64,000 nt of DNA, taken from Amoebophrya sp. A120. Taxonomy: Eukaryota; Protista; Dinoflagellata. The notes below the pieces were generated by a model. The model did not search any database, was not told the origin of the DNA, and saw only the letters and a list, made by a program, of their open reading frames with translations. The first letter of the stretch is position 1; every line of letters starts with the position of its first letter. This document shows, one piece after another, positions 1 to 12,900 of the stretch. The DNA is taken from contig CAJINV010000006.1 in the NCBI GenBank assembly GCA_905178155.1, positions 2,323,016 to 2,387,015 on the forward strand, read 5' to 3'. The translations under genes were made by a program, and so were the position numbers.

Positions 1-1811
1 GCGTTTTGCCGGTCCAGTTCGATTTTTGTCATGGCCTCCTGCTCGATGTCAACGCCGGTGTTGGTGTTGGTTCCTATGGCGTTCTCAAATGTTACATTCT
101 CAACTGTTACATGAATTTGTCATGCAAGAATAGCACAGGTCAGAGGGAGAACCCTGCGCGTCTTGCATTACAGATTTGGTGCGGATTCTAGTGCTATGTA
201 GCCCTCCGAGAATTTGTCATGCGAGGCACCTTCATCGTCTGATGACTCATGGTCATTTTGCATGACAAATCATGTAAAAGTTGAGAATGTAACGGTTGAG
301 CTCCCCATAGTTCCGAATAAAGCCTTCTGCGCCTCCTCCTGCTCGCGGTCCATTCTGGCTAGCACCGCGGCGCCCGAACTCGGGTCGACGATGTCCGTTG
401 TAGTTGCATATGAATTGCAAAAGTATCGTACTCGTAGTAATCGCAATCATGCATGACAAGCCTCCATCTTAAGGGAGATCCGCATTACAAATTCCATTTC
501 TCATGTTAAGCTAATTTGTAATGCGATTCCTACTAGAACGATACTTTTGCACAGGATATTGCAGCCGCACCAGCATCCCCTCCAGATGAGTTCTGGTAAA
601 AGCTGTCCGCCGTGGGCAGCTCAAACACTTTCACCTCCTTGTGCACACGGTTGATGTTTCTGTTGCTGTTCAGCCCCCGGGAGGAAGACTTGCTATGCAC
701 TGCAAAAGCATCGCACTCGCAGTACTCAATTGCAATGTTGCACGATAGATGTGCTATGACACTTGTTTCTACATGTTGGTCAAGTCCATTTTTGATTTTG
801 AGAAAATTCGTACTCATGGTCATGCAAGGATTACTGTTACTACCAGCACGACGTCGATATAGATTTAGATTTTTGCGTTGCATATGCGCTATTCATTTGC
901 AATTCGCTTGCGGCTTGGCGGGATTTCATCCCTTCACTCCGGCTACTACCGTTGGTGGTCCCGGCTTGCAGAAAGTTGGTCTTCATGATAGGCAACGGCA
1001 GCTGCCCAGCACCATCCCTGCTAGTACTACTTCCCTCATTCACCTCCAGCAGCACAGACGATGGCCTCCGCTTGTGCTCGTACACGGTGCGTTATGAGAG
1101 TGCACAACTCTCCCTCCCCTGATTTGTCATGCAAAATCCCAAATCTACCTCCTGGTCCTGCCTGTTAGCACTTTTTGCATGAGAGATTCCGAAAGCCAAA
1201 ACGGCCCTTCAATCCTCTACGAATTTGTCATGCAAAAGCTGCATCTTTGCCAGCACTTGCGTTGCTGTTCATGCAACACAAATTCAAATGAGGGGGCGGG
1301 GGTGGAGTTGTGCACTCTCATATGCGCTCCGCGGCACCGAGGTCCAGCGCAGTACCGACATTCGACCAGGGGGAGGAAGCGTGTGCTGAGTAAAAACGTC
1401 CCCACCCCAGAGTTGTCACGCAAGGACGCATGCCCAAAATGTTTCTCTTGCGGAGCCCCGTGACAGGAGTTTTCTAGTCAGGTTTTGGAATTTGTAATGC
1501 TCCAATCACCATGGTAGGCGGAATTTGTGATGCTTCTGAACGATGTAAACAAGATTACAGCAAAAGGCCGAGTTTGTCATGCGCAACACCCTAAGCGTGT
1601 AGATTTGTCTAGCAGATTTCCCATCTTCACTATGGAGTGGGGACGTTTTTACTCAGGATAAAGCGAGGGCCTTCTTCGCCGCTGTGGAAGCGGTTTTACT
1701 TGCTGAAGAGAAGACAGAGAAACCGGCGGTCACGTGCAGGAAAGTCGTCGTCTTGACAAGAAACTTGCTCATGTTTTCGCGAGGTCGAGGTGCCGCTGCC
1801 ACGGGCCGCAT
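1..1811 (-). CDS. Hypothetical protein, 3' end runs off window; 5 introner introns
   Basis: ATG at 1811 (or 1772). The frame stays open across the elements at 1382, 1093, 409 and 75 when element plus one TSD is removed; the junction at 694 is degenerate. Confidence 0.65.
75..309. mobile_element. Introner family E (TIR TATGGCGTTCTCAA..GTTACATTCTCAAC)
   Basis: TSD gttcc. Confidence 0.9.
409..558. mobile_element. Introner family B (TIR TATNNNNTGCAAAAGTATCGTACT, ~150 bp)
   Basis: TSD ttgca. Confidence 0.9.
694..884. mobile_element. Introner family B, degenerate
   Basis: Left TIR clear; right end and TSD decayed. Confidence 0.6.
1093..1322. mobile_element. Introner family D (TIR TATGANAGTGCACAACTCCCC)
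   Basis: TSD tgcgt/tgcgc. Confidence 0.9.
1382..1660. mobile_element. Introner family F (TIR TATCCTGNGTAAAAACGTCCCCAC)
   Basis: TSD aagcg. Confidence 0.9.
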
Positions 1812-2272
1812 GCCACGGGCTGCAGCTGCCCTCGTAGTTCACAAGGGCAACACTCTCTGTGGTCGCCTCCGGGGCTCTGAGTGCGTGCTTCTGTTCCTCT
1901 TCCTCCCGCCACGGGGGTTCAGGTTTTCTAAAATTCTTATACGCTTATTTTTCCATTTCCTATTGGCACACTACAACTGCTGGTGATTGTGACGACCACA
2001 CAAGTGCTTGTGCTCCTCCCTCTCTCTGTAGACCCTGCGCTTCTATAAATGTGTCGACTTCGCTTGATGAGGACATCAAGTTGATGAGAATGTGCCTTTG
2101 TTTTTCGCAAAACCAAAAGCCAAAGCCCCATTAGTTCTTACATTTGACTTTTCCTCGTCTCCGCTCGGAGCTGAAGACTGTGTCATCTCTGGTGCCTCTC
2201 TCTCATCTGGTGGTAAGTCGTGGTCGTTTTGTCTTCTGCTCATTGATTCTAGTTCTACTTTCTAGTAGAGAA

Positions 2273-2335
2273 AATCTTTTAATGAAGCAATAGCAAATCT
2301 GTATTACAGATTTGCTATTGCTTCATTAAAAGATT
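2273..2335. repeat. Perfect 63-bp palindrome (31-bp arms, 1-nt spacer)
   Basis: aatcttttaatgaagcaatagcaaatctgta-t-tacagatttgctattgcttcattaaaagatt. Confidence 0.95.
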
Positions 2336-3934
2336 ACAGTGTAATCCTCGTGCTCGCAGTAATCAAGAGTTTGAAGCGCGGTGCACCACCAGCTCCGAAC
2401 AATATCAGGAACACCAATTCAAAATAATCACCTGCTCCTTCTACTGCAGGCCTATCAAATTTGCACACGGCTTCCCCGCTGCATCTTCTACCCGCGGGGG
2501 GTCGTGAAAGTGTAGTTCTATCGATCTTTTTAATTTTATTCTTCCAGCCTTATTGCGTGGCGCCAGTTTCAATTTAGTCGCGTTCTTGTTTTACATCTCT
2601 AACGTGCGAGAAGAATGTTGGAGGTCCTCACTGGAACGAAAACGAAATGTTGGTCAGAATGATCCGTTGAGTGCAGCGTCTTAAACCTACTTCACACCAC
2701 CAGTGAGTCTTCAACATTTTCCACAGATGAGGATATCATCTTCGCGACACTTTATGTTTGGCTGTTCAACGAGGGGGCTCGTCGTCAGCAAGTGGAGGAT
2801 CAAAAAAAACAGCGACACGACGACGATCTGCTACTACCTCGGGGCTTGCTCTACTTTGGCCTCTGCTGAGAAGCTGCATGAACAGCAGGGCATGGTGCTA
2901 CTGCTTCTCCAAAATGTAAGCACCTGTGTTAGTAAGTTGCCGGCAGAAGTTGCAACATCGGGTTTTCTTTCTCTGGAACGAGGTCAGTGCCGCTGCTCCT
3001 CGTGATGTGATTTTACTCCACCACGGACCTGCTCAAGGACCACAAGGGGATACCTTGCAGCTCCCGCACACAATCAATGGCTCCCGGCGTCGTCGGACAA
3101 AATTTTCCGAAACTCTATGTGTTCGAGCGCGGCTGCAGTTATGGGCAAGGTCGTGGTTTTCTGGCTAAAATAAAGCGAAATCGGATACAATATGCTGGGT
3201 GAGGCTGAAAGATTTCTGATGACTTCGGGTCATGTCTACAAGTGATAAAAGCAAAGCTAATATCCTGCGGGGAAATAACAGGCACAAAAATCTTCAACGG
3301 GGCTATACTGATCTAATTATCAAGGGGATACCTTGATATTAGTGCGTCTTTATGTATGAAACGATACGGTCAGATGCTTTCGTAGTTTTGGAATTAAACA
3401 TTTCTCACCTTCTCGTGTTGCAACTAACTAAAAATTTCTTTCGTGAAAAAAAAAAACTGAATATACTATGCATGGATATGGAACATAACGTAATTTGAAC
3501 AAATAAAAATCGGAAAACATCAAAATTGGATCGACTTTGACGTTGTTGAATTTGGTAATGATGTATGAAATAAAATTGCACATGGAAAAAAATTCGTAAA
3601 AATTCTAGGCTGCTGGGCTTCCTTTTGAACCGCCATGAAACACGGTAGACAGCAGGTTGATTTCATAACATGATACTGATGTCGAGGTTATTCAGACGTT
3701 GCATTTTCTTTTTCATTTTCTATCCAAAAGCGTGAGGAAAATTTAGTCTTAGTGCGCATTTCTAAAAATAACGTCGGGCCCGAAGGCAGAAAAAAATTTT
3801 CGTAAAGCTAAAGACTGGAGTGACCACCACTATGGTACGCACGTGCACGGCAGTTCTTGTTAGCGATGTCAGTAGAGCTGCCCACCGCCTCCATCCTCCG
3901 CTAGACGTACTTTTTTTTAAAAAGTACCACCTGC

Positions 3935-6900
3935 TCACAACAATCCATCAAACATGCCCCCGCCGCCCTGGCTCGTCTTCGGTTCCTGCTTGGCCTTTGC
4001 AGACGATCGGCGCGCGGCCTGCGAAGCTCGCTGCGACTGCTCCGGCTGCTGAGTCTCCTCAACTCCAACTCCCGGCTGCTGCAGCTGACTGCCCATGATT
4101 TGCTGGGTCACCGGCGCGTTTGACGCCCGGTTGGACTGACGGCCAAAGATTCCGGTCTTAATCGCTTCTCCACCCACCGGACCACCTGAAGACCGTTGCG
4201 AGGTTGGTGCGCCAGCTTGTTCTTGCGTGCCCGAAACCCGCGCGATGACCTCCTGCTGTGTCGGGTCGGTGCCCAGGGGAAAGGAGCCAGATTGGCCGTA
4301 CAGCGGGGACGTAGGTGTTGACCCAATGTCCGCTGGCGCCAAGAGTTGCCCGTCCGTTCCGACCTGGTATTGTTGTTCCTGTTGCAGGAGTGCCGTAGCT
4401 GCTGGGTCGGCGGTCTGCTGGTCCGGGGACGTCGGAGGTGCAACGCGGCCCATGGAGGCCAGGGCCCCGGATTTCAGTGCGTCAGTGATTTGCGCGGAGG
4501 TCAGCTGCTTCGTCAGCGACGAACCGGGCGAGGGGGCCTTCGCACCCACCGGTGACAGGCCTCCCGGCGCGCCGCCCGGCTGCCGCGGAACGGCGGTTGG
4601 GGCCGGCGTTTGCTGTCCTTTGACGAGGAGGATGACGACCAAGCAAATGACGAGAGGGATAGCGATACATCCGATCGCAATGCAGAAGTAGCAGCAGCAG
4701 GCAGCACAGCCAGTTAAGTAGCCAAGCGGCCAGCTTCCGCTGTGAGTCTCGTCCACGTAGTCCTCTTCATTGTGCTCGTGTCCGTGGGTCGACGAGTTGT
4801 TCGAAGCGATACACCGGGGGTTGTCGACCGATTCGTCTTGAGTGGAGTCGAAATCTGGGTTCTCGACAAACCCCTCCTGGCAGGTAGCTTCCCCACTCCG
4901 GTGGGTGGAACCCCCCGGGTAAATGAACTCACAGCACTCGTGCTGATGTGGCACGTTCTTCTCCGGAGAGTCTTCCAACTGGTGGTCGGCCGGCACGAAT
5001 TGATTCTCCGTAGGACTCTCTATGCAAGAAAAAAACTGTGTGTAGTGAAAGTCTACGTTTATAAAATGCAATAAAGAATGTACTTAGCACAATATTTACA
5101 CTAACTTATCATGCCAGACAGCCACGAGGTTTTCCCCTTACCCTTGATTTCATACATATTAAATTATGTTTTTTCATTTTCACACGCTAGCCATGCATAG
5201 GACAGGCTTTGATTTGCCTGTCATGTAGAGCAAGTTTGTGATGCTGTCAGCTGCTCAACAAAGTTCTTACGCTGACACAGTTTTTTTCCTGGGTACTCTC
5301 GCAGGTGGCTTCATTGAAGCTGCGGCTCGCGCAGATGTCCGGCGAACAAACTTTGGCGTCCTCGGCAAGAAGTTCGCTCGGGTCGGGCTTGCCTTCATCG
5401 GTCTCACTTAAATTGGCCAGCACGTCAGCTTTTTGGTCCCCCTGCTCTCCCGGGTGGCGAATCGAAATCTTGATTGCCGGTTTCGAAGACGAGCGGTCAT
5501 GATCATCATCGTGATCGCCCCATAAAAACATCCGCGACAGCGCCGCGGATTTCTCCTGGTAAAACCGCTGAAATTTGGTCGACCACAGCTCGGCTTGCAG
5601 GAAAGAAGTAGAGGAGCTGCTCTATGACAGTGCACAACTCCCCGTCCCCCTCATTTGTCATGCAAAATTCCAAATCCAGGCTGTATTTCTTGGCACAGTT
5701 TGCATGACAAACTTCGGAAGCCCAAAAAATAGCACAACACTCCTGTGGAAATTTGTCATGCAAAACCGGCATTCTTGCTGACGCTTGTATTTCCGTTCAT
5801 GCTATACAAATGAGGGGGAGGGGGGGTTGTGCACTCTCATATGCTCGAAGATGCTCCCACGAGCGGAGCCGCCCCGGCGCTGTCCAGCTTGCCCAGCTGT
5901 TTTTCCAGGTCGTAGTCGTTCGCTGCACTAGAATATCAAACGCAAAAGTGTCTGGGTCTGGAAGAGTCATGCTGTAGTTTTTGCATGACACAGAAGGTCT
6001 GGCATGGAAGCTCTAGCATCACAGGTTTCGCGAGGCGTTCGCAATGCCGCATCCACATGGCAAATCCCTGACTTTGGTGACAGAAAGTAGGCAACTTTTG
6101 CTGCCTACGCATGAGAGATTTTTCTGTGTTCCTTCTGAAATGCGCATCACAAGTTTATATTCTTCCAGACCCAGACATTTTTGCACTTGATACAGAAGCT
6201 CCCGCGAGAGTGTCTTGCTCGGCCAGCTCCTTTAAGTGCTCCGCAATGGCGCGAACCGACGGGTCCCCCATCTTCAGCTTGCACTGCCCCTGCGTCTGAT
6301 TCATGGCCTGGAAGGTGCAACACGCAGACCGCTGCGTCTCCTCGGCGGTGGGCTGTTTGTTTTTAGGAAGAGAAAATGCATACTATGCGACAGATTCTGG
6401 CGACAACATGAACTACAGGCCCTGTGTCTTTCTTCTCACACGGTCCGTCTACTTCACATTATGACGAAGATATAGAAGATGATGAAGAAGATCTCCTCTA
6501 CTACGTACGTGATCAACCTTTGTAAGTTGACTTCGTCCATAAACCCTAGCTAGAAGTGCTGAAGTGGTCGTAACGTAATCATTAGTAATTGAGTAAGCAA
6601 GTACCTCCCGCCCCTCCATCACGGTGCCCTCGCACTGTTCTTTCGCGCCCTGCAAGTGCAGGCTTGCTTCCGTCAACCCTTGTCCGCAGTCCACATCAAG
6701 GCAAGCGCCACTCGGTTTTCCGGTCTCCATATCCAACACAGTTTCGCAGCGGGGCTTGGAAGTGTCATCTTCCTCGACAAATTTGTCCTCTCCATCAGAC
6801 TCCTCCGGTACACCCGGCTGAAAGCAGGGCAACTGCTTCATGTCCTCGTAATGCTGCCACTCCGTCATCGGCTTGGAACTGAGCCAGCACTGCGATATCC

Positions 6901-9900
6901 AGGAAAAAAACTGTGTAAGTGTAACTTTGTAGGTGTAGGTGTAGGAAGAGCAGCATCACAAATTGATTTCGCATTACAGGGAGAACCTGTCATGCGCAGG
7001 TAGTAAGTATGTGAAAACACGCATGAAAGTGACCTATGACGCACATCCAGCATGACAATCGTATACGCTTGTGCATTTTCTGCATCACAGACTATTACAC
7101 TCACAGAGTTCTCTCCTTGGATATGCGACATCCGCCATTCAATGGGCGAGTTCGCGCGCTTCTTGGGCGGGGAAAAGAGGAAGGACTTGCATTTCTGCAC
7201 GGTCGGCTGCTCCCCATACCCCGGGTTGTTCTCCGCCTGGCACAACCGCTCACAGACCAGGGAGTTCCATTGCAACATGTAACGGTTGTAAAATCCGTCC
7301 TCAGGCTTGGGGACAATCATGGCCTCGAAGTTCAACATTTGCATGTTATCCGCGGAACTACCTCCCGAGGACAACACTTGGCCGCTTTATGCATTGCAAA
7401 TATGTCTGGGTCTGGATTTGTGATGCGAGAATTGAAGGACAGGAAGATCTGTAATGCATGAATGCGAAGATGCGCCAGTTTTTTTGTCGTGCTGGAAGAA
7501 GTTTGTCATGCGTTTTATGAATGAATCAGCAACCAGCCTTGCCAAACTTCTGATGCTATTATGCCGTATAAGCGGCTACCCTCTGAATCTGAAAATGCGA
7601 GTGTCAGCAACACAAATTTCCAAACCCAGATATATTTGCAATGCATATGCTTTGTTGTAGACGGACCGATGTCTGGCTCATCCTCATGGCCATCGCCTTC
7701 TGGTCGGCATTTATGGCGCTCTCAACTGTTACATTCTCAACTGTTACATGATTTGTCATGCAAAAACAGCAATTGGGGAAGGGGCAAGCTTGCAAGTCTT
7801 GCATCACAAATTTGGCATGGATTTAGATGCTATTTAGCCCTTCGACAATTTGTCATGCGAAGCAGCTTGATTGTCTTGCGGCTCATGGTCATTTTGCATG
7901 ACCAATCATGTAACAGCTGAGAATGTAACGTTTGAGAACGCCATAGCATTTTGGTACGTCGTGTGATCATGATCGTGGTCATGATCGTGGTCGCCCCGAC
8001 GCTGCTCCGCGAGGGCCTGATAATCCATCCGGGCGGAAGTTCTTTTTGTGCTGTCGAGCTTCTTCGCCTCGAACAGAAACGAGGACGCCGCATCAACATC
8101 ACTGCTGCTGCTTGGAAGTAGACCTTCCAGAAAGGACGACCCAGCCTGTGGCGGGGGGGTCGTGCTGTTCAAATGCGGTTCCACTTTCTCCCAAGTCTGC
8201 GTGCCGTTGTTGTACAGCATGTCGGACCCGGCAATATGACAGTTCACAACTCCCCCTCCCCCTCATTTGTGTAGCATGAACGGCAATTATACAAGCGCCA
8301 GCCAGAATGCAGGCTGTGCATGACAAATTCAAATTTGCACTCAGGATTGTAGTGCCATTTGGGCAGCTGCCAGAACTTGTCATGCAAACAGGGCTAAGAG
8401 GCACAGCCTGGATTGGGCATTTTGCATGACAAATGAGGGGGAGGGGGAGTTGTGCACATTCATAGGCAATCTGCCGCGGACACAAGCTCAGATCCGCGCC
8501 CTGGATTTTCACGAAGGAGAATATCAAATCCAAAAATCCCTGGAGGTCTGGAACAAAGCAACTTGTCATGCTAAATTTGAATCATGCAAAAATTTGCGTT
8601 GCATCATTACCAAAATCTGTCCACCTCTGACCTAATCGCGAGGCAGTTTCTCATGCAGGATTGGCATGATACAACTCTCACAGAATCTGTCATGCTATGT
8701 CCTACATACCAGGCCTCATGGGTCATGGAAAACTCGCATGACAAGTCTGGCATTCTTCCAGACATCCAGGTATTTTTGCAGTTGATAGAGAAAGTAGATC
8801 CACTAGTCGCGGACGATCGCCTCGTTCGGCCCGTCAACAAGAAAGAGGACGAATTTGTTGAATCTCCCCCGGCGGTCGTTGCATTTGCATCCTGCAGCCC
8901 TTCGGCAACAGTATCAATGATCTCCTCTTCCTCCTCCTTGAAATACACGGGGCAGAAGGCGGAGCCGGAGTGCTGGCTCCAGTCGGCCCGCTTCACCCAG
9001 GTGTCCCGAGCCGTGGCGAGTAGTGTTAGTGCAGCCGGAGTTGTGGCGTTTATCGAATGCAAATTTATCGATCTGGGTCTGGAAGATTTTTGCTAGATTT
9101 GATGTCCTCAAGCCTGTGTGACATGTACTCAACGAGACTCCGTGAAGATGCGTATCGGCATCGACGGAAAATAAGGTCCTCTACTTACGACCTGTGATGC
9201 AAAAACGCAGTTTATTGCCATGCGGAAAAATACGCAATAAACAGCGGCCCAAGAATTTGCCAACATGCTCGGCTGCGTATTCTTCCAGTGCGCCTACGCT
9301 TAGCACTCGCTCTTAGCATCACAACTGTCCAGACCCAGACATACTTGCACCTGATAGCGTTGCCCAGGGTTTCGCTGCCACCAGTCGCGCTGGTCGCATC
9401 CGCACCCACACCGCCAGCACCCGCACCGCCGGCACCCGCACCGCCGGCACCCACACCGCCGGCACCCGCACCGCCGGCACCCGCACCGCCGGCACCCGCG
9501 CCGCCGGCACCCGCGCCGCCGGCACCCGCGCCGCCGGCACCTGCACCGCCGGCACCCGCACCGCCGGCACCCGCACCGCCGGCACCCGCGCCGCCGGCAC
9601 CCGCACCGCCGGCACCTGCACCGCCGGCACCCGCACCGCCGGCACCCGCACCGCCGGCACCCGCACCGCCGGCATCCGCCGCATCCGCATCCGCGTCCTC
9701 GTGCAGCCTCTGCTCCATGTTTATCTCAATGAACGAAGCAGCACTAGCCGCTGTCTATCGTACGAAAAAAGTGTGTCACTGTAAGGATCTTGCAAGTTTT
9801 GCATCACGCGTTTGCTCTACATCACAGAGAAAATTTCCCATGCAAAGTTCCTAAGGGAAAACACAGCTAAAAATCCACTGTCTTGCATGTGTAGCAATAC

Positions 9901-12900
9901 AAATCCTTCTGAGATACTATTTCTGCATTACAAGTTTACAGTGAAACACTTTTTTTCTGCGATACTGTCGGGCTGGTCTGCAGTGTCATCTCCACACCGT
10001 GCGCATTCGTTCCAGAGTCGATGGGGACGCTGCTCTGCTGCAGCTGCTATCCCGGGGAAAAATCCCCCCTCCCCATATCGAAAAGGCACGTCGCAGAAAA
10101 TTTGCAATGCTGATTTGCGACCACAAATGATCTCTGTCTTGCAAGAAGGCAACTTCACAGGCTCCGCTGCACTATGCAGGCGTTTTGTGATGCTGTTTGG
10201 CCTACGGCGCAGACGTTTGCGTTTCTCATGCTAAGCGCCTAGGCCAAAACCTCTCAACTCAGGCTTGATGTGGGCCTGCAGTCCTCTTCAGCAAGACAAA
10301 TCTGATTTGTGTACTCAAATCCAGCATCACAAATATTGCTTTCGATATGGGGAGGGGGGATTTCTCCTTTTGATAGCTGCACCTGGTTGTTCAGCAAATG
10401 GTGTTCCGACATGGCGTGCGTTTCGTAGTACCTCTGCTGCTATCAAATGTAAAAATGTCTGGGTCTGGAAGAATGCAACCTGTCATGCTAAATCTGAAGC
10501 ATGCGCAAATCTGTGTTGCATGATTACCAAAAGTAGTCGTCCTGTTTTCACCAAGTCGGGAGGGAGTTTCTCATGCGGAATAGGCATGAGAGAGATCGCA
10601 CAGAATCTGTCATGCTAGGTCCTGCATTCCAGACCTCATGGGTCATGGAAAACCTGCATCACAAATCTTGCATTCTTCCAGACCCAGACATTTTTGCATT
10701 TGATAGCTGCCACTCCAGCCCGCCGGCTGGGCATTCGAACGTGCTGGAACCATCGTCCGTGATGCCCTCCATCTCGGGATGCATGCGCAGCAGGTCGCGC
10801 GGCTCACCCTGGTACCCCACGTAAGCCGCGAGCGTCCCGGCGGGCGGAGCGAGCTCCTCACCTTTCGAGGTTCCCGCCACGGTTTCCGCCGTCACGTTCT
10901 TGATTCCCGTGTTTATCATCAGTTCCTCCTCGGGCGTCAGCTGCGCTACGGCTGCTTCCGCATAGAGCAGCCGGCAGAAGGACAGTCCGGGCAAATAACT
11001 GGCACCATCCACTTCCGTCCCGTTCACGCCGACACCGTTGGCGTCTCGGTACCCGACCACCTCGAACCCGTCGCAGTTGGCCGCAAATTTGTCGCACACA
11101 CTCGCGCACCAATGGAGGGCCGCTGGGTAGCTGTAGAAAAACCTGCCACCGTTCGCATTGATGAACTGGTTAACCTGCGGACTGGGAGGCTCCTGGATGC
11201 CCGTGACCACGTCGGGAAGCAGCATTTTTTCGATGTTGTCAAATTCGTACAATCCGTCAGCACTCGGACTCGCGTCCGCCTGCGGCACAATGGGGAAGAC
11301 AAAGGTAGACTGCGACGCGTAGCTGGTGGCGCAGGTGTATCAAATGTAAAAATGTCTGGGTCTGGAAGATTCTGAGACTTGTCATGCATGTTTTGCCTGG
11401 GCCATGATGTCTGTGATGCACGCCCTAGCATCACAGATTTTTTGAGGGCCCCGCGATGCCTATTCCGCATGACAAATGCCCTCTCCGCGTAGCAAAAATT
11501 ACACTCCCTTTGCTGCTCATGCAATACAGATTTTTTTGGAATCCAAATTTAGCATCACAAGTTCCAATCTTCCAGACCCAGACATTTTTACACTTGATAA
11601 GGTGCTGTTTGCCACCATGGAGTAGACGTTCGCGCGGGGAAGGTCATGATATCATTTGTAAAAACGTCCCCACCCCAGAGTTGTAATGCAAATCTGCATG
11701 CTGAGAATGTTTCTCATGCGGAGACCCATGAGAGGCAGTCTCTATTCGTGTTGTGGGATTGGTGATGCTAGAATCAGCATGATGTGCTAGATCTGTGACG
11801 CTGCTGAACAAGCTAAACAGGATTACACTGCGAGGCCAAACTTGTCATGCGCGACAGCAAAAGCTGACAGATTTGTCTAGCAGATTTCCCAGCTTGACTC
11901 TGGTCGTGGGGACACGTTTTTACTCAGGATACATGAGTCACCTCCTTCAGTTCCCCCGTCGCGCTGTCGTGAACCATGCGCGGCGGAATGGTATCAAATG
12001 CAAAAATGTCTGGGTCTGGAAGGATGCAACTTGTGATGCTGAATTTGGATTCTACAAAAATCTGTATTGCGTGAACAGCAAAAGAGGTCCAGTTTTTGCC
12101 ACGGCGAGAGGGCATATCTCATGCGGTACAGGCATCAGGAAGCCCTCACAAAATCTGTGATGCTAGAGCCTGCGTCACAGACTTCAGGAGTCATGCAAAG
12201 TGTGCATGACAAACCTTGCATCCTTCCAGACCCAGACATTTTTGCAGTTGATAAATGGGGTAGCAGGACCACTTGTTCCGCTGGCGGATCAGATTGAAGT
12301 AATGGTATCCCAGCTGCGCTGTCAGCGCTTGGCACTTGTGTTTCACGTAGTCCGCTGTGTAGGCTCCCTGCATCTTCTCCTTTTGTTGCTGATAGTACGC
12401 GTAGTTCAGGTCCTCGTCCTTTGGTAAATCGTACCATTTCACGGTCAGATCGTCCGCGACGTCTTCCAAATCCTGCATCGGGGTGAGGTGCCCCTCGGCG
12501 TTTTGGTAGTACGCCGGGAACAAATTGGATCCTGCACCCGCAGCTTCTTCAGCGCCGTCATAGATCACTGCGACCGGAGGGGTGGTCAAAATGTACTGCG
12601 TCAAATTTAAATCGATAGTAGTGTCGTTCTGCAGGAGCTTTTCGACCGCGGTCAAGTAAAATTCTCTCGCGGCCAATGCCGCCGAGGTACTCAGGTCCAC
12701 GCGGGGGATGATGGAGTAAGAGTCGTCGTAGAGATCGTCGGTGCATCAAATGCAAAAATGTCTGGATGTCTGGAACATAGCAGCAACTTGTCATGCTAAA
12801 TCTGAATCATGTATAAAATCTGTGTTGCATGATTACCAAAAGCTGTTCACTTTTGACCTGATCGCGACGCAGTATGTCATGCAGGATAAGCATGGTAGAA

